Shown here piece by piece: positions 1-13,758 of a stretch of DNA of 64,000 bases. The position numbers and the translations under genes were made by a program. Where the stretch lies: positions 48,670,001 through 48,734,000 of the forward strand of contig OX597824.1 of the NCBI GenBank assembly GCA_951406725.2, in the 5' to 3' direction. This DNA is from Octopus vulgaris (taxonomy: Eukaryota). A model generated the notes under the pieces. It was given only the letters and a program-made list of their open reading frames with translations. It did no database searches and had not been told where the DNA came from. Every line of letters starts with the position of its first letter. The first letter of the stretch is position 1.

Positions 1-1603
1 CGAAGCTTTGATAGAATAGATACTGGTAACAAAGTAGGATTGATTTTGCGCCAACCCACTGTTGTTACTCTTCAGATTTGCAGCCGTTTCTAGTGAACTG
101 CAGTTCACTGATTAAATTTTATAAATGGATCAAAGAGCAACAGTGTGTAGTTGTATAATGAACAATGAGCGGATAAGAAAGCTTCTACATATTACTTGAC
201 AAGCTGAAAATAGCAACCAAACCTTCCTGAGATCACACACTTCAAAAAACAAAATAATCACTGTTCAATCAAGACTGACCATGGGCTAAACAACAACAAT
301 ACCGACATTGATTTTCGGATATTTTGATGCTCTGTTTCTCAACGTACTAAATATGTACACTTTACCAAAGAAACATTTAAGAGCAGCATTTGGCTGAATA
401 AAAGACATGCACGGATTAGATTTACTGAGACACTATGTTACATAAAACCTAAAGATCCTTTGTTTGAAAATTACACCGGAATGCTTCAGAAAAAATGAAA
501 AAATATGACTTTTATTTAGTCAGCTCCTGTGGATCATGAAGCCTTAAGTTGTCGTTTAGTTTATGCTTAAATCAGGCACTGTAAATGACAATAATGGTGC
601 TCGGTGTATAGTTTAGGTATTGAATGGTATTACATATGCTTGTGGTACCATTGTTACAAATCAGTAAAAATAAAAAGGGAAGGAAAAACACAATATGCGA
701 TTTACAACTTAGACTAAAATAGTATCATTGATGTATGCTTTACTACAAAAATCAATACCATTGATATATTTCTATATTTACCATTGGCGTCTATTTTTGT
801 GCAGAAGACATACAATTATTTTTACCACAGAAATACTAAACGGAAACTAAACTTCACACATTCTACTGCTCCATAGATATAGTTTCGTATCACGGTCAAC
901 AAAATTGCAATCGATTTGTGCTTAACTTACTGTAACGACGTAACCTGTCGCCAGATGGTCGTATTTTACTTCAGTAATAAAGAACATTTTACCAACGACC
1001 AAACGAAGGTGTTTCCATGTCAATGGTGAGGAATTTCTGGCCTATTTCTAAATTTAAAACCACCCACTCTCAAGTTTCTAAAAACCTACATGAAAAGAAC
1101 AAAAATAGTTGTCCTCAAACTGAAAAAGTAATTTCAAACACAGGGTTGTCAGATAAATTCGTTCGTTTCTTTCCAATGTTACTTGAATTAATACGAAAAT
1201 ATTTTTATCATTGTGTTTTGTCTTTTGTTTTGTTTTTGTTTTTGTTTTTTTCGTTTAGCTTTATTCTTCCTCTACGACTTTTATTTATTGTTTTTGAATA
1301 TTGAATAAATTTTTGCCTCTTTTCAGACATATAATGATGAAGTGCCAAATAGAAAAAAATGAGCAATTTCGATCACTGATTCTCTTCGTTTTCAATCAAG
1401 GTGCCAAAATTGAGCGTAAGAATATTCATGTATAAACATAAAGATATCTACACAGAGTACAAAGAGACATAAAATTAAGAGGAAAAGGCATGTTGGGATA
1501 AATCCGCCAGTTGTTTCTATATATATATTGCCTCCTTGGTGTCGTCTTCGCTTTCATTTAATTCTACTGCAGCCACCATATTCTGACACAGCGCCATCAA
1601 TTC

Positions 1604-1740
1604 TTTTATCTTTTATCTTTTACATGTTTCAGTCATTAGACTGCGGCCATGCTGGAGCACCGCCTTGAAGAACTTATAAACACGCCAACAAGCGGTGATG
1701 TGGGGACAAACACAGGCACATACACAGATATATACATACA

Positions 1741-1795
<55 letters not shown>

Positions 1796-2262
1796 ATGTA
1801 TATATATATATATATATATATATACATACATAGATACATACATACACACACACACACATATATATATATATATGTATATTTATTTGTATATATATATATA
1901 TATGCGAACGTGCTGGAGTCTTGAAGGGTTTTAGGTGAACAAAGTGACCTCAGGGGCTTATTTTTTCAAACCTAGTACTTATTCTATCGTTCTCTTTTGT
2001 CCAACCACTAATGTTACTTGGACTTAACACACAAGCAGTGGGTGTCAAGTAGTGGTGGAGGAACAAACATAAACACAAAGACACACACACACACATACGA
2101 CGGGCTTCTTTCAGTTTCCGTCTACAAAATCCACTTGCATGGCTTTGGTCCGTCTGGGGCTATAATTGAAGTCACTTGCCCAAGATGTCACGCAGTGAGA
2201 CTGAACCCGGAACTATGTGGTTGAGAAGCAAGCTTCTTACCACATAGCCACGCCTGTGCCTA
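1604..2262 (-). mobile_element. tRNA-derived SINE family A (CORE-like), with internal microsatellite and a partial second copy
   Basis: Reverse complement matches the copy at 20481-20885: tRNA-like head (cacatagccacgcctgtgccta), acttgcccaag CORE-like motif, tail gtttcagtcattagactgcggccatgctggagcaccgcc. Confidence 0.85.
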
Positions 2263-3254
2263 TACTTAGGAATTTCTAAAAATTAAAGACACATTTTTTT
2301 CAACACAAATGTTGCTCGATAGATGTGTATGAACTTCTAATTCCTCCTTAGAACTAAAATGGGGGTCCCCAGTCCTGCTGTCTTCCAGCGTTTGATCTAC
2401 AAAGAGAGAAGCTAAATTTGCCCCAAATCACATTTTACCATCTTGAAAAATATCACGAAAAATCCATTGGGGTAATATATTCCTAGATGTATGTATGATG
2501 TTCCCAAGAAAGAGAAGTTTCAGAGGCTTTCGACAAGTTATCTTCTCTATGAACCAAGAAAAAACAAAAAACAAAAAAGAACATGAAAACAACGATGGTT
2601 TTCAATAACTAATTGGTTTCTGGCATCAAAATATGTTTCGTGCCAACCCAAAATTGTCTCCTGTACTTCCTGAAAGACTCGAAACAATACTACTTAGCAA
2701 CAGCAGCAGCAAGAACAAAAACAACAACAACAACAACTACTTCTACTCCTACTACTACTACTACTACTACTACCATCTTCATTCTCAATATTTTCTAGCT
2801 GGTCTTTATTATGGTCTCTGTATAAATTACTTTTAACACTAACTCGCGGCTATGTAACTTACTGCCATAGTAGTGGATAAATCGCTACGATTCTGTAGTT
2901 TATTAGATTAATACTCAAGCTTTGGGAATGAAACTGTGTTGGCCGAAACGGTGCGGAATCCTCTCGGAAGGATTGTATCTGTAATTCATGTAGGTCCAGC
3001 CTTGTCACACACTGTATCGTCTTGGTTCTGTTGGAGGATTACGTTATGTGAACTGCTGTTTGAAGAAGAGTCGACCACTTTAAATCTGAATTCAACGAGT
3101 AGCTGCTCCAGTTACTCGTCGAAAGAGACGGATGTCCACTTTCACTTAAATTCGGTGTGGGTCTCCGTCGGAATATATTTTAATAAAGAAAATCCCAGAA
3201 AACGTTGCTGATTGAGAGATCAACTACGTTAGTAGCAGCAACAGTAGCAGTAGC

Positions 3255-3323
<69 letters not shown>

Positions 3324-3483
3324 TTTCACTAGTGCTTGAGGAACTGTTACAATCTGCTCTCAAATATACTAAAATTTCTGTTCACATCTATACATGTTCA
3401 TGTGTATGTGTGTATGTATGAGCTCATCTATATATGCTTATATGTATATGTCTGCGTGCGACTGTTTGTTTCTGTGTGTTCAT

Positions 3484-3527
<44 letters not shown>

Positions 3528-3930
3528 TTGCGTATTTAATCTTGCACCATTCCCAAATACTTGCAAATAGTTGTTTCTTATATAGTTGCAATGTCTCAAA
3601 TTTACAAGGCAGTGGAAAATGGAATGTTGAGGAACTAATGCCTTTCCCATGAACATGGGCTATAAGTTATGTGAAATTACTGTACGACTGATAATCGACA
3701 CTGCGTCGCAGAATCTTCTCAGCGGATGTGTTTACACCTGCTCTAAAGTGCTGAGTACATATGCATATATTGATACAAAAACATCCACGTACAGAAACTT
3801 TTTGTCTATTTTTAACTCACTCTCTCTTTTTTCTTACTCTTTCTCTCTCTCTCTGCCATTCACTGCCATCTTTCTTTCTCAATACATTCTCTCCACACAC
3901 ACACACTCACGCACGCACGCACACGCTCAC

Positions 3931-3987
<57 letters not shown>

Positions 3988-5352
3988 TGTGTACGCCTGC
4001 CTCTGTTTTTATACATTTGCGTGCATATGTTCAGCATCAATGCAATGAAGTATATGTGCTAGGGCGGTGTTGGTGGGTTACGCATGATAATAATAGTATT
4101 AGTAATAACAACACATTGAATATTTCTACTTGTCACGTGAGTGCGGCACGACGTAGACAAACACGCCAGTTATTGCTCTATCGAAGCCTTTTATTATGAA
4201 CAATACCCATTGAGTGGGAAATAATTCAACAATTGCCCAGCAGGTCTTGGCAGTAGGAGTGTGTGTTGTTAAAATGCGCTCAGTATATTCAGATTAATAA
4301 TTTCATATCTCCCACGCAACCAAACCTTTCCTACTCACCAATATTTAGCGAGATGAACGAATTTGTAATGTATAAATCTCCCACGGACCTTTTATTTTGT
4401 TTATTTATTTATTTTTCAAGTCGAGCGACTCCATAAATTTCAGCTGCATTTTTAATATTTTTAGAAAGCTATTATCTTCCATATAGATTTTCCTTCTCAA
4501 AATGGCTGCCATATGTCTTTACAACATTACCAATCATCTGGACACCTAGCTATTTCATTCTACTTTTCGTTTTATCCATAGACACTTTACTCAATAGTCT
4601 AGATTTATTTTACTTACCATACTCTTCTCATGATAATCTTTATTGTGTTGAACCACCGTTTCACGTCACGTTGAACATTATTTCCAAACGGTCGTCTACA
4701 ATTTACGTTCTACAGAATTATGGTGAACGATCGACTGGCTCTCGCTCGGAGCCGGCTATGATTGTCCGTTCAAGTGTTCTTCCATACTTTACTTTTATTT
4801 ACTCCCATACACATTTAATGCTACATGATTGCAGACTACAGCACGTAACAAGCGGACAGTCCACTAGATACTTATTTTAGAAGCTAGTCGATCTTCGTCT
4901 GAAGGCACGTAATCCATTCCAGTTGGAGATTTCTTTCTGCTATCTTCGGTCAATAATTGGCAAAGCAGACTATAAAGCAATAATTGTTAACTTTTTTTTT
5001 ACATTCAACCAAACGTCTGATATTGTGAAAAAAATAAAGCCTCGTTTTCTGAAGCTAGCATAATAGATATAATAATGGCAATCTATCATAACTATGGGTT
5101 CCGGTTAAAAATATTAGTGATTTTCAATATTTTCAGTGGTGTATTTATTGAGCTATCTTTGAACTAAGATAAAGTCAATAGAAGGAAAATCTACGATCCG
5201 GTTTCAGTTCCTGTTTGAGCGGTTTTTTATGCTTGAATATCATATCTACTATTTTCGACTGTTTGTCAAAAGCCAAAAGAGAAATTGATGCTACCCTACC
5301 GTTACCTACCAATACATGAAAACAAAGTCTCGTTATTTATGCCAATATTTAT

Positions 5353-5570
5353 GAAGGTGGTAAGCTGGTAGAACTGTTAGCATGCCAGGCAAAATGCTTA
5401 GCGACATTTAGTCCATCTTTACGTTCTGAGTTCGAATTCCACGGAGGTCGAGTTTGCCTTTCATCCTTTCGGGGTCGATAGAATAAGTACCAGCTGAAGA
5501 CTAGGGTCAATCTCATTGACTCTCTCCCTCCCTTAAAATTACTGGGCTTGTGCCAAAATTTGAAAGCAAT
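5353..5570 (+). mobile_element. tRNA-derived SINE family B (Meta-domain-like)
   Basis: Head ggtggtaagctggtagaactgttagc, B-box-like gagttcgaattcc, central ttcatcctttcggggtcgatagaataagtaccag, tail gtgccaaaatttgaaa; many copies in the window. Confidence 0.85.
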
Positions 5571-5612
5571 ATTTATGCCACTAATACAGTCGTTCTCATC
5601 TCTATGAAAACG

Positions 5613-6926
5613 TATTAGTAAAACGATATACCCTGTGATTAATTTCTCAAAACTCTCCAACAAGCAGAGAAGCCTCTTTGCAGTTACTCAGCTTGCAAGA
5701 AATTGCAGCTAAACCTTCCTCAAGTACTACCTCACTTACTTATTCCATTTTGGTATGAAGAGTTGCCAACTTTTACATTGATTCTCCACGATTGAAACAT
5801 AATTTGTACTGTTACAAATAAGATAACAAAAAAGATAACAGCGATATTTTGGGTAAGTTAAAAAATGCTGATGATCTTTGTATGAACTGTTATAAAACTG
5901 AAAATTAAAAAGAAAAAAAAACTTTTGCTTACTTTGTGTTATCCGACCACTGCTTAAACTGTTAGTACTGGATTTAAAAATAAGGCTACTACTGCCACTA
6001 ACACTCACTGTATGACTTCCTCAACCATTAGAGGCCACTTCTTACTCTCAACATTGCCAGTAAGAAACAATAAACCACTACTACTCTTGCCACAATAAGA
6101 AACAATAGATAACTGTCACTGCTAAAGGTGATCTGGTGCTGCAACTATTCCGACCAGACAGCTGTAAGAGGGAAACCAACAACCATTACCATATTTTGTA
6201 AGAAAAAAGATAGGTGAATTTTCAAAACTGTTATCATGAAAAATAAGTTTATTATCATTCAAATTATTTTCCCTTGTTCTTATTGCATGACTAAAAAATC
6301 ATAAACAATGAAACCGGTAGCATATTTTGATAAACATGTGAATATTTTCTTCCTTTTAATTATTATATAGTCATCAAAGCATTTTCTCCTTTTGCTTTTA
6401 ATTCATATTTACTCGTGTAATACGTCTTTAATTTTTCAACACACACACACACACACATTCACACACGTAAATATATATATATAACTCTGTTGCAACTGAT
6501 TCAGTCGAGGAAGATAACTTTCCAAGATAGTACTCAATAATGATTGAAATGAGAAGGTTTGAACGAACGTTGCACCATCTAAGAATGTATGCATGTGAGT
6601 TTATATGCATCTGCCTATGTTTGTATGTATGTGCATCCATAAATACACGTCAAACAAAAATAATTTTCGCGGCATCTTTCTTTTTTTGTTTTGCATGTAC
6701 GGCATCTCTTTTTACACCTTATTGAATTTACATGTCTTTTACGATGTCGTTGAAAATAAATAACTGATATAGTACTGAGGTTAATCGACTAAAAATCTTC
6801 CACAGTTGTACTCCAGCATGGCCACTGGGCAATTACTGAAACCAGTAAGGAAAAAACGAAATGAATAATATGGCAGAAAAGGGGAAACAAACCGCACCGA
6901 TTTAAAAGTAAAATCACTAAACCATA

Positions 6927-6983
<57 letters not shown>

Positions 6984-7790
6984 ATTGCTTTCATAGCTCT
7001 TTTCCATTCCCATATTCTGCCGTGTAAAAGTTCAGTTCAATTGTTTTTTTAAACAAAATATATCAACCTCATTTTACGATCGGCGGATTTATTATTGATG
7101 GCTGACGACGTTTGCCGATTATTAACGATTAACTGTTTATCTTTCAATCTCAATCGGTGCGGTTTGTTTCACTTTGTCATCCATATTATATGTACAACGC
7201 TCGAAAGGTCAACTATTTTTTTTATAATAAGTACCCATCCAAAAGTGAAGCACTTTGTTCAAGGTTTAAAAAATTTCCCACAATACTCGAAAAATTGTTG
7301 CCAAATTACAAGATTCTAATTTTCTAACGGGTACATATAGCTTCTTGTTTACATCCCATTGCTATGTAAACAAGACAGTACGGAATCAAAACTGTCAGGT
7401 AATCACAGCTATCATAGGTCTGTTTGTCAACCGTTGTGATGTTATGTGTCAATTATAGCATTTCATTATCCTTTTTTAATAACCTGATTACACTGTTAAG
7501 CAAAGTTGCATATCAAACATAAGAAACCTCATAAAAATGATATAAAAGAATATTGAACTAAAATAATTGATATACGTAAATGTAGTTGTAACAGTACAAA
7601 TTATGTTTCACTCGTGGAGAATCAATGTAAAAGTTGGCAACTCTTCATACCAAAACGGAATAAGTGAGTCATGAAGTATTTGAGGAAGGTTTAGCTGCAA
7701 TTTCTTGCAAGCTGAGTAACTGCAAAGAGGCTTCTCTGCTAGTTGGAGAGTTTTGAGAAATTAATCACAGGGTATATCGTTTTACTAATA
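5613..7790. repeat. Long inverted repeat, ~205-bp arms (5613-5817 / 7586-7790)
   Basis: tattagtaaaacgatataccctgtg...tttgtactgttacaa is the near-exact reverse complement of ttgtaacagtacaaa...atatcgttttactaata. Confidence 0.9.
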
Positions 7791-8436
7791 TAATGCCCGA
7801 CCGAGAAATCTTTCACCAGCAAAAGATTTCTCCTGCGAAAAACTCAAAATTAAATCAATAGATACAGGTTGCTAAGAACTGAAGATAAGAACCCGGTTTT
7901 AATCTCATTCCTAAACCGTTTTCCTTACTCTATATTTTATTCATTAGTTTACCTTACTGCCACACAGTTACATAAAATATTATGAGAAGAAAGAAACTTA
8001 TAAATTTCATAACTTGATAGATAAGGTTTTTTCCGTCTTCCAGCAACGCAGGTCTTTAATCTCTCATAAAAATAAGAAAAGGAAAAATACTGGTAATAAA
8101 AAAAGACCCAAAAAAACAGAGAAGATGAAGCACGTCAAAATATTTTAAATCTTAATTCTTTGAAATTTAAATAGAAGCTACAAAAAAGTAACAACTGAAA
8201 AAAAAAAGCAATGACGCGGAATAGATTTTTAAACGGTCGAATTCAATAAGAAAGGAGAATACAAATATGAACAATAATGGCGGTTACGCTGAGATATATG
8301 GCAGTATAGAATAAAATAATAAAACATGTAAAAAGGATATTCAGTTGCAACATACGTACATACATATGAATACATGCGTGTAAGTTGTATATATGTATAT
8401 AAAAACGCGCGTGTGTGTATGCGTGTGTGTGTGTGA

Positions 8437-8545
8437 ATGCGCGTGGTCTAGTGGTTAAGTGTGTTGCACTCACGTTCTTGAAATCGTGATTTCGATTCCC
8501 ACACCGGCTGCATGTTGAGTTCTTTTGAGCAAAACACATTGTAAC
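8437..8545 (+). mobile_element. tRNA-derived SINE head (third family); related copy at ~25705-25890
   Basis: A-box-like gcgtggtctagtggttaag and B-box-like atttcgattccc followed by ttgagcaaaacac. Confidence 0.65.
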
Positions 8546-8897
8546 CAGCGATGTATAAAATCCGGTAATTTTGTCGATCATGTGATCACGTGATGTACTT
8601 TCACACACACATATAATTATTTATGTAAAAGTCGAAAAATGAAAATGAATGCTCACCACCGCATTGGTGGATAAAATTTATTTCTATGTGAATTAAAGCT
8701 ACCATTAGTTTCATGTTAAGAAAAGTAGGAAAATATCCTAGTGTCTTAATAATTTTTCAAGCCGATCACATGGAGAAAGGTGTTCGCCTCCATTCTAGAA
8801 AACGCAGCCTACCAATGGTAGCTTTAATTCACAAATATATAATTAAATATATGTGTGTGTATCTATATCTATCTGTGTATGTATACACACACACATA

Positions 8898-8947
<50 letters not shown>

Positions 8948-8953
<6 letters not shown>

Positions 8954-9121
8954 AAGGAGCTTCTACAGGACTAGAACTGTTTCATTCAAATGAAATCATC
9001 ATGATTTCATTTGAATGAAACAGTTCTAGTCCTGTAGAAGCTCCTTCTATAAAATAAATTAATTTACTCTGCTATGTATTGAGTACCTTATTTACTGTGG
9101 TTAACCCAGACTCAACCCGGG

Positions 9122-9125
<4 letters not shown>
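8948..9125 (+). mobile_element. Penelope-like element tail with inverted 5' duplication (perfect 52-bp-arm palindrome) in a (TA)n tract
   Basis: 8948-8999 is the exact reverse complement of 9001-9052; the right arm carries a truncated hammerhead-like atga-tttcatttgaat-gaaac; (TA)n on both sides. Confidence 0.6.
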
Positions 9126-9175
<50 letters not shown>

Positions 9176-10331
9176 AAAAATACACACTGTGTTCAGGACA
9201 TCACCAACGAGTGAAAAATACGTAAACACACCAGAGAAATGTACGGGACAAAATACTAAAAGAAGATAACTCCTCATCAGTTGTCGGACCGTTTATTACT
9301 CCCATTTCATGCTTTTAAAGACAATATAAAGAACTTCATAAGACAGCAGCATCCAGAAATTTTTCAAATATAAAATTCATGGAGAGTTAGAGCTTCGAAC
9401 CCTGTTTGTTCGTTCGAAGCTCTAACTTTTCTCTTGTGTTTACGTATTTTTCGCTTGCTGGTGGTGTCTTGTACACAATGTGTATTTTTCATTTTATTTA
9501 TTAATAATCGAACGCCACGCAGCCTTCACACATACACACACACACACAAACAAACAAATACACACACACACACACATATATAAAACAGTTACCATTATTA
9601 TTATTATCAATGTGTATAGCCTCTCTTTTTTTTACAGCGGTTTAATACCTATTCATTGTCAGTTTTTGCTGGGTTATGTTTAAAGTTTAAAGATTTAAAA
9701 AGATTTAAAACGTTCGTGCGAGCTTATCTACCTTTTCCTACTATTTCTTCTTTCATTATTCTTTATGACAGATTAAAGACGTGATCTACTGGATGAAGAA
9801 AAAAAGACTTATCTATTAAGTTATGAGATTATAAGATTTCTTTCTTCTCTTATAAAATTTTATGTGAGTTATGTGGCAGCAAAGTAAACTATTGAATAGA
9901 ATATAGAGCAAAGAAAACGGTTTAGGAATGAGATTAAAATCTGTTTCTTATCTTCAGTTTTTAGCAGCGTGAATCTTTTCATTCAAAGCTGAGTTTTCAC
10001 AGGGGAAATCCTTCTTTTACTGGGGAATATATGTCTATTGAGCACGATACGAATAAAGCAATCACAATTTTATATTCAGAGGCATCATTATATATCTGGT
10101 TATTGGCAGAGGATTCAATACCCATCGGAATTCTCCACAAAGGGTACCACTACTTTATCTGTCATCCCTTATAATTACATACATTAATATACATATATAT
10201 ATATATATATACATACATATATACGAAAAGACAGAGAGAGAAATACATACTTACATTCATTCATGCATACATAAAAAGATATGATAGGCAGGTATAGATA
10301 GATTGAAACATACATACATGAATTTATATAT

Positions 10332-11010
10332 ATAATGGTGGTACAACAATGCACTAGTCTTTACTGAAAATAGTAGTCGATAATATACGACGCTCTATTA
10401 AAGCTTCACTGTATATATACTGGCAAAGATGTTTGCGGGCGGCGAGCATAAAAAATGTCATCTTGCCTGTAGGAAGAACATTAGATAAATGTACAACCCA
10501 GATATAGATAATCTAGGGCCCAGGTTTCGAACTCTCCAAAATACGTTTGTTAGCGTAAATTTGATTAGTTCCCCTCGGCTAGATTCACGGAGACAAAATT
10601 TTGAATGTTGCTACATGAGTGCCAGTATACTCGCCTGAACGCCTAGCCGTTAACAGAACCAAGAACAGTGGAGAAGTTTTCAAAGAAAAACGTTTTTAAA
10701 TAGTGCAATACAATAAGTATTGCTTTCCAGTACAATAAAGCACCATAAGATTAAAGTATTAATATAGAATGGTGGTACAACAATGCACCAATCTTTACTG
10801 GAAATAGCAGTTGATAATATACGACGCTATAGTAAGGCTTCACTGTAAATATACTAGCAATGACGTTTGCCAGTGTATATACAGTGAAATTCATCCTCCC
10901 CGTGGGAAGCACATTAGATAAATGTACAACCCAGATGTGGATAAACTAGGACCTAGGTTTCGAACTCTCCAAATTACATCTGTTAACGTAAATACACCGA
11001 GACAAAATTT
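10332..11010. repeat. Diverged direct repeat of ~230 bp (~10332-10560 / ~10768-11010), possibly tandem pseudo-LTRs
   Basis: aatggtggtacaacaatgcac...cattagataaatgtacaacccagat...aggtttcgaactctccaaa occurs twice; the second copy contains a hairpin at ~10838-10889. Confidence 0.7.
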
Positions 11011-11179
11011 ATATATATTCATATGTATATATATATATTTTTCTTTTTTATATATATAGAGGGCATTATTATACATACATGCCACACGCTACGAGGGACA
11101 TTAGTCATTTCTACCAAAAATTTTACTAATCCTACCCAATGCAATTTTTTCAAAGCAAGACATTTAAAAAAATGAATTT

Positions 11180-11259
11180 AGTCTTGTATCACCTGTGATT
11201 TCGTACTTACCGCATTTGCGACCGTAACCGCAGTTGCGTCTGTCCTCATCAGCAAGACT
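11180..11259 (-). ncRNA. Type I hammerhead ribozyme
   Basis: Minus strand reads AGTCTTG CTGATGA GGAC-[hairpin]-GTAC GAAA TCAC-AG-GTGA TA CAAGACT: intact CUGAUGA/GAAA core, 7-bp stem I, stem III, AUA cleavage triplet; one G-A mismatch in stem II. Confidence 0.8.
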
Positions 11260-11426
11260 GATTCTGAACATATCATAAATAAACGACCCTGTACCGTCAA
11301 GACCGAACATCTAACTGTTCAACCCCAACGAAGCACATGGGGGAGTTTACATGTAATACATCCGGTAAATGGCAGGCTTCTTCGAATTGCATTTCGGATA
11401 GGAAAAGTTTTTTCGGAATAAAATTA

Positions 11427-11457
<31 letters not shown>

Positions 11458-11884
11458 GTCCACAGATGAGATCCAGAGATTCTCAGTACCGCTCCATTTA
11501 TGCAAACTAGGTTCTCGACGTCTTTACGGCCTGCATGTTATGATGAACTACATCTACCAGCACTATAATGGATCTCCGAGCCTCCAGAAACAGGTGTCGG
11601 AGTTATAACACCTTACCTCTTCCAATTTAAGTTGTGTAAGTTGGATCTATTACTATAAAGTCTCCACTCATTGATTTCTCTCATTTTGTATATACATATT
11701 TTGTATTTCATACCCAAGATGTTATATTTAATATGTTTAATTTGTTTTTTCTGCATAATTCTCTCTCTCTATATATATATATATGTATATTTATATTTAT
11801 ATTTATACACACACACACACACACATATATACATAAACACAAAAGTAGACAGACAAACAGGCAGACAGGCAGACAGACTTATAA

Positions 11885-11927
<43 letters not shown>

Positions 11928-11928
11928 T

Positions 11929-11994
<66 letters not shown>

Positions 11995-12011
11995 GGATAG
12001 ATAGATAGATA

Positions 12012-12055
<44 letters not shown>
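11885..12055. repeat. (GATA)n/(GATT)n microsatellite
   Basis: Direct reading of the sequence. Confidence 0.95.
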
Positions 12056-12559
12056 TAGGTGAACGTACGAGGAACGGCTGAAAGCTGACCAAGATACTCT
12101 CAGGAAATGTGAGTAAATGTGGTTTATTTATATATATATATATATATATATAGCTGTGTGTTTCTTTGTACCTGTAATTACCCCCACCACCGCTTGACAA
12201 CCGATGCTGGTCTGTTTACGTCCCCGTATCTTAGCGGTCGGGCACAAAAAACCGATAGTATAAGTACCAAGCTTTAAAAAAAATAAGTACTGGGGTCGAT
12301 TCATTCAAATGAAAATTCTCCAAGACGGTGCCCCAGCATGGCCACAGTCTAATAACTGAAACAAGTAAAAAAAAAACAAAGAGCAATAGATGTGACGTCA
12401 TCGTCACTGTGATACTGATTTTCAGCCACCCGTCTTTTCATGGTAGGGAACAGTTGATAGTCAGATGGCGCCAAATCAGAAGAATAATGAGTATGATCAA
12501 CAAGTTCAAAGTCACATACACTTTAAAGTAACAGTCACATACACTTTAAAGTAGCAGTC

Positions 12560-12752
12560 ACATACTAGTTACTTTTGAAATCTTTGACCAATCAGATGTC
12601 AATTTACCTGGAAAGAAACAATGCAGTTATTAATAAGAAAAGCTGAAATTAATGCATACATGACTTCACAGGTCTAACATCAGTTCTTTATAGTCAGCCT
12701 ATGAAGTTTTAAGGCGACCCATGGATATATATATTTTCAGTCGACCCTCGTA
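12560..12752 (-). mobile_element. 5' end of the mariner family found at 46214-47375
   Basis: Reverse complement matches 46214-46380, including the TIR (ttttcagtcgaccctcgta). Confidence 0.8.
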
Positions 12753-13369
12753 TGCATAATCCCTCTATCACTACCCCTCCAACCATATTCTCCTCATAAC
12801 CACCGATACCAAATAATCTTTCCACTTCGCAAAACTACTTAATTCGATGTCACTAACCATTCTTCAGTAGCCATTCATCGTTCACCGTTGGTTACCACAA
12901 ATGTTTCCCTCCGTTCCACCACCTATGATACTGAGTACATCCCCTCCCCTTCACCATCACACCTTGCCATTTTTGTATCCAAATAGTATCAACCTACAAG
13001 TCTATATTTCTACCTAATTCCGTATTTAAGCAATTGAACCTCACAATTTCATTCTGCTCCTGACGAAGCACTCGGGCAAGACGAAATATATGTTGGTGGA
13101 TCGTGCTAATTTAAGATTTTACAGATATATAATGCTATTATACCTGTGAACCGCCTGTATTACTGCTGTTGATATGATCAATTAAAAATATTCAACACAG
13201 ATGATATTAACAATAATAACATCTTACTTCGAATGTAATCATTCGAATATTTTGCTCATATATATATATATATATTTCATTTGTGTCAAAATACTTTCAT
13301 TTAAAACCGCGACCTGTTCACTGACAAAACTTCGCAAAAGTAATGCAGCACGAAGTTTTGTCAGTGAAC

Positions 13370-13479
<110 letters not shown>

Positions 13480-13650
13480 CGCACGCACACGCGCACACAC
13501 ATTCATTGCCTTTCATTTGTGCGTATGTGTACTGATATGTGTGCGCGTGTGTGTCACTGTTGAAGTCGCTCGTGCAACTTGTTTGTGTATATATTGGCTT
13601 AGTAGTACAGAGTGTTTGGAAACTGCGAATAAGGTGCAAGTTTCGAGTAC

Positions 13651-13758
13651 TTAAGTTAAGTTAAGTTAATTTTTTGGCTCAAAAAGCAAAAAGCAAGGCC
13701 ATGTAGGGGGACATGGAGTTATGTACAGGGAGGGTGTTCATGCAAAGAGTTCAGGCCA
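13651..13758 (-). mobile_element. 3' end of a non-LTR retroelement with a (TTAAC)n tail
   Basis: On the minus strand a short unique segment ends in ...gagccaaaaaattaacttaacttaacttaa, a tandem-repeat tail typical of LINE 3' ends. Confidence 0.4.

Larger units (their letters stand above)
7825..10010. repeat. Diverged inverted repeat pair (~7825-8170 / ~9680-10010)
   Basis: ttttaatctcattcctaaaccgtttt at ~7896 versus aaaacggtttaggaatgagattaaaa at ~9914, with collinear flanking similarity. Confidence 0.8.

Noticed and set aside
2857-2868. Minus-strand ATG GCA followed by a GTAAGT donor as a first coding exon
   Set aside because: A short motif expected by chance; upstream sequence looks repeat-derived and no downstream exon was found.
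8437-8510. tRNA genes at SINE heads
   Set aside because: A/B boxes are present but there is no cloverleaf or terminator, and they continue into SINE bodies.
9405-9416. miR-375-like tttgttcgttcg
   Set aside because: Only 12 nt match, and it lies at the loop of a repeat-derived inversion.
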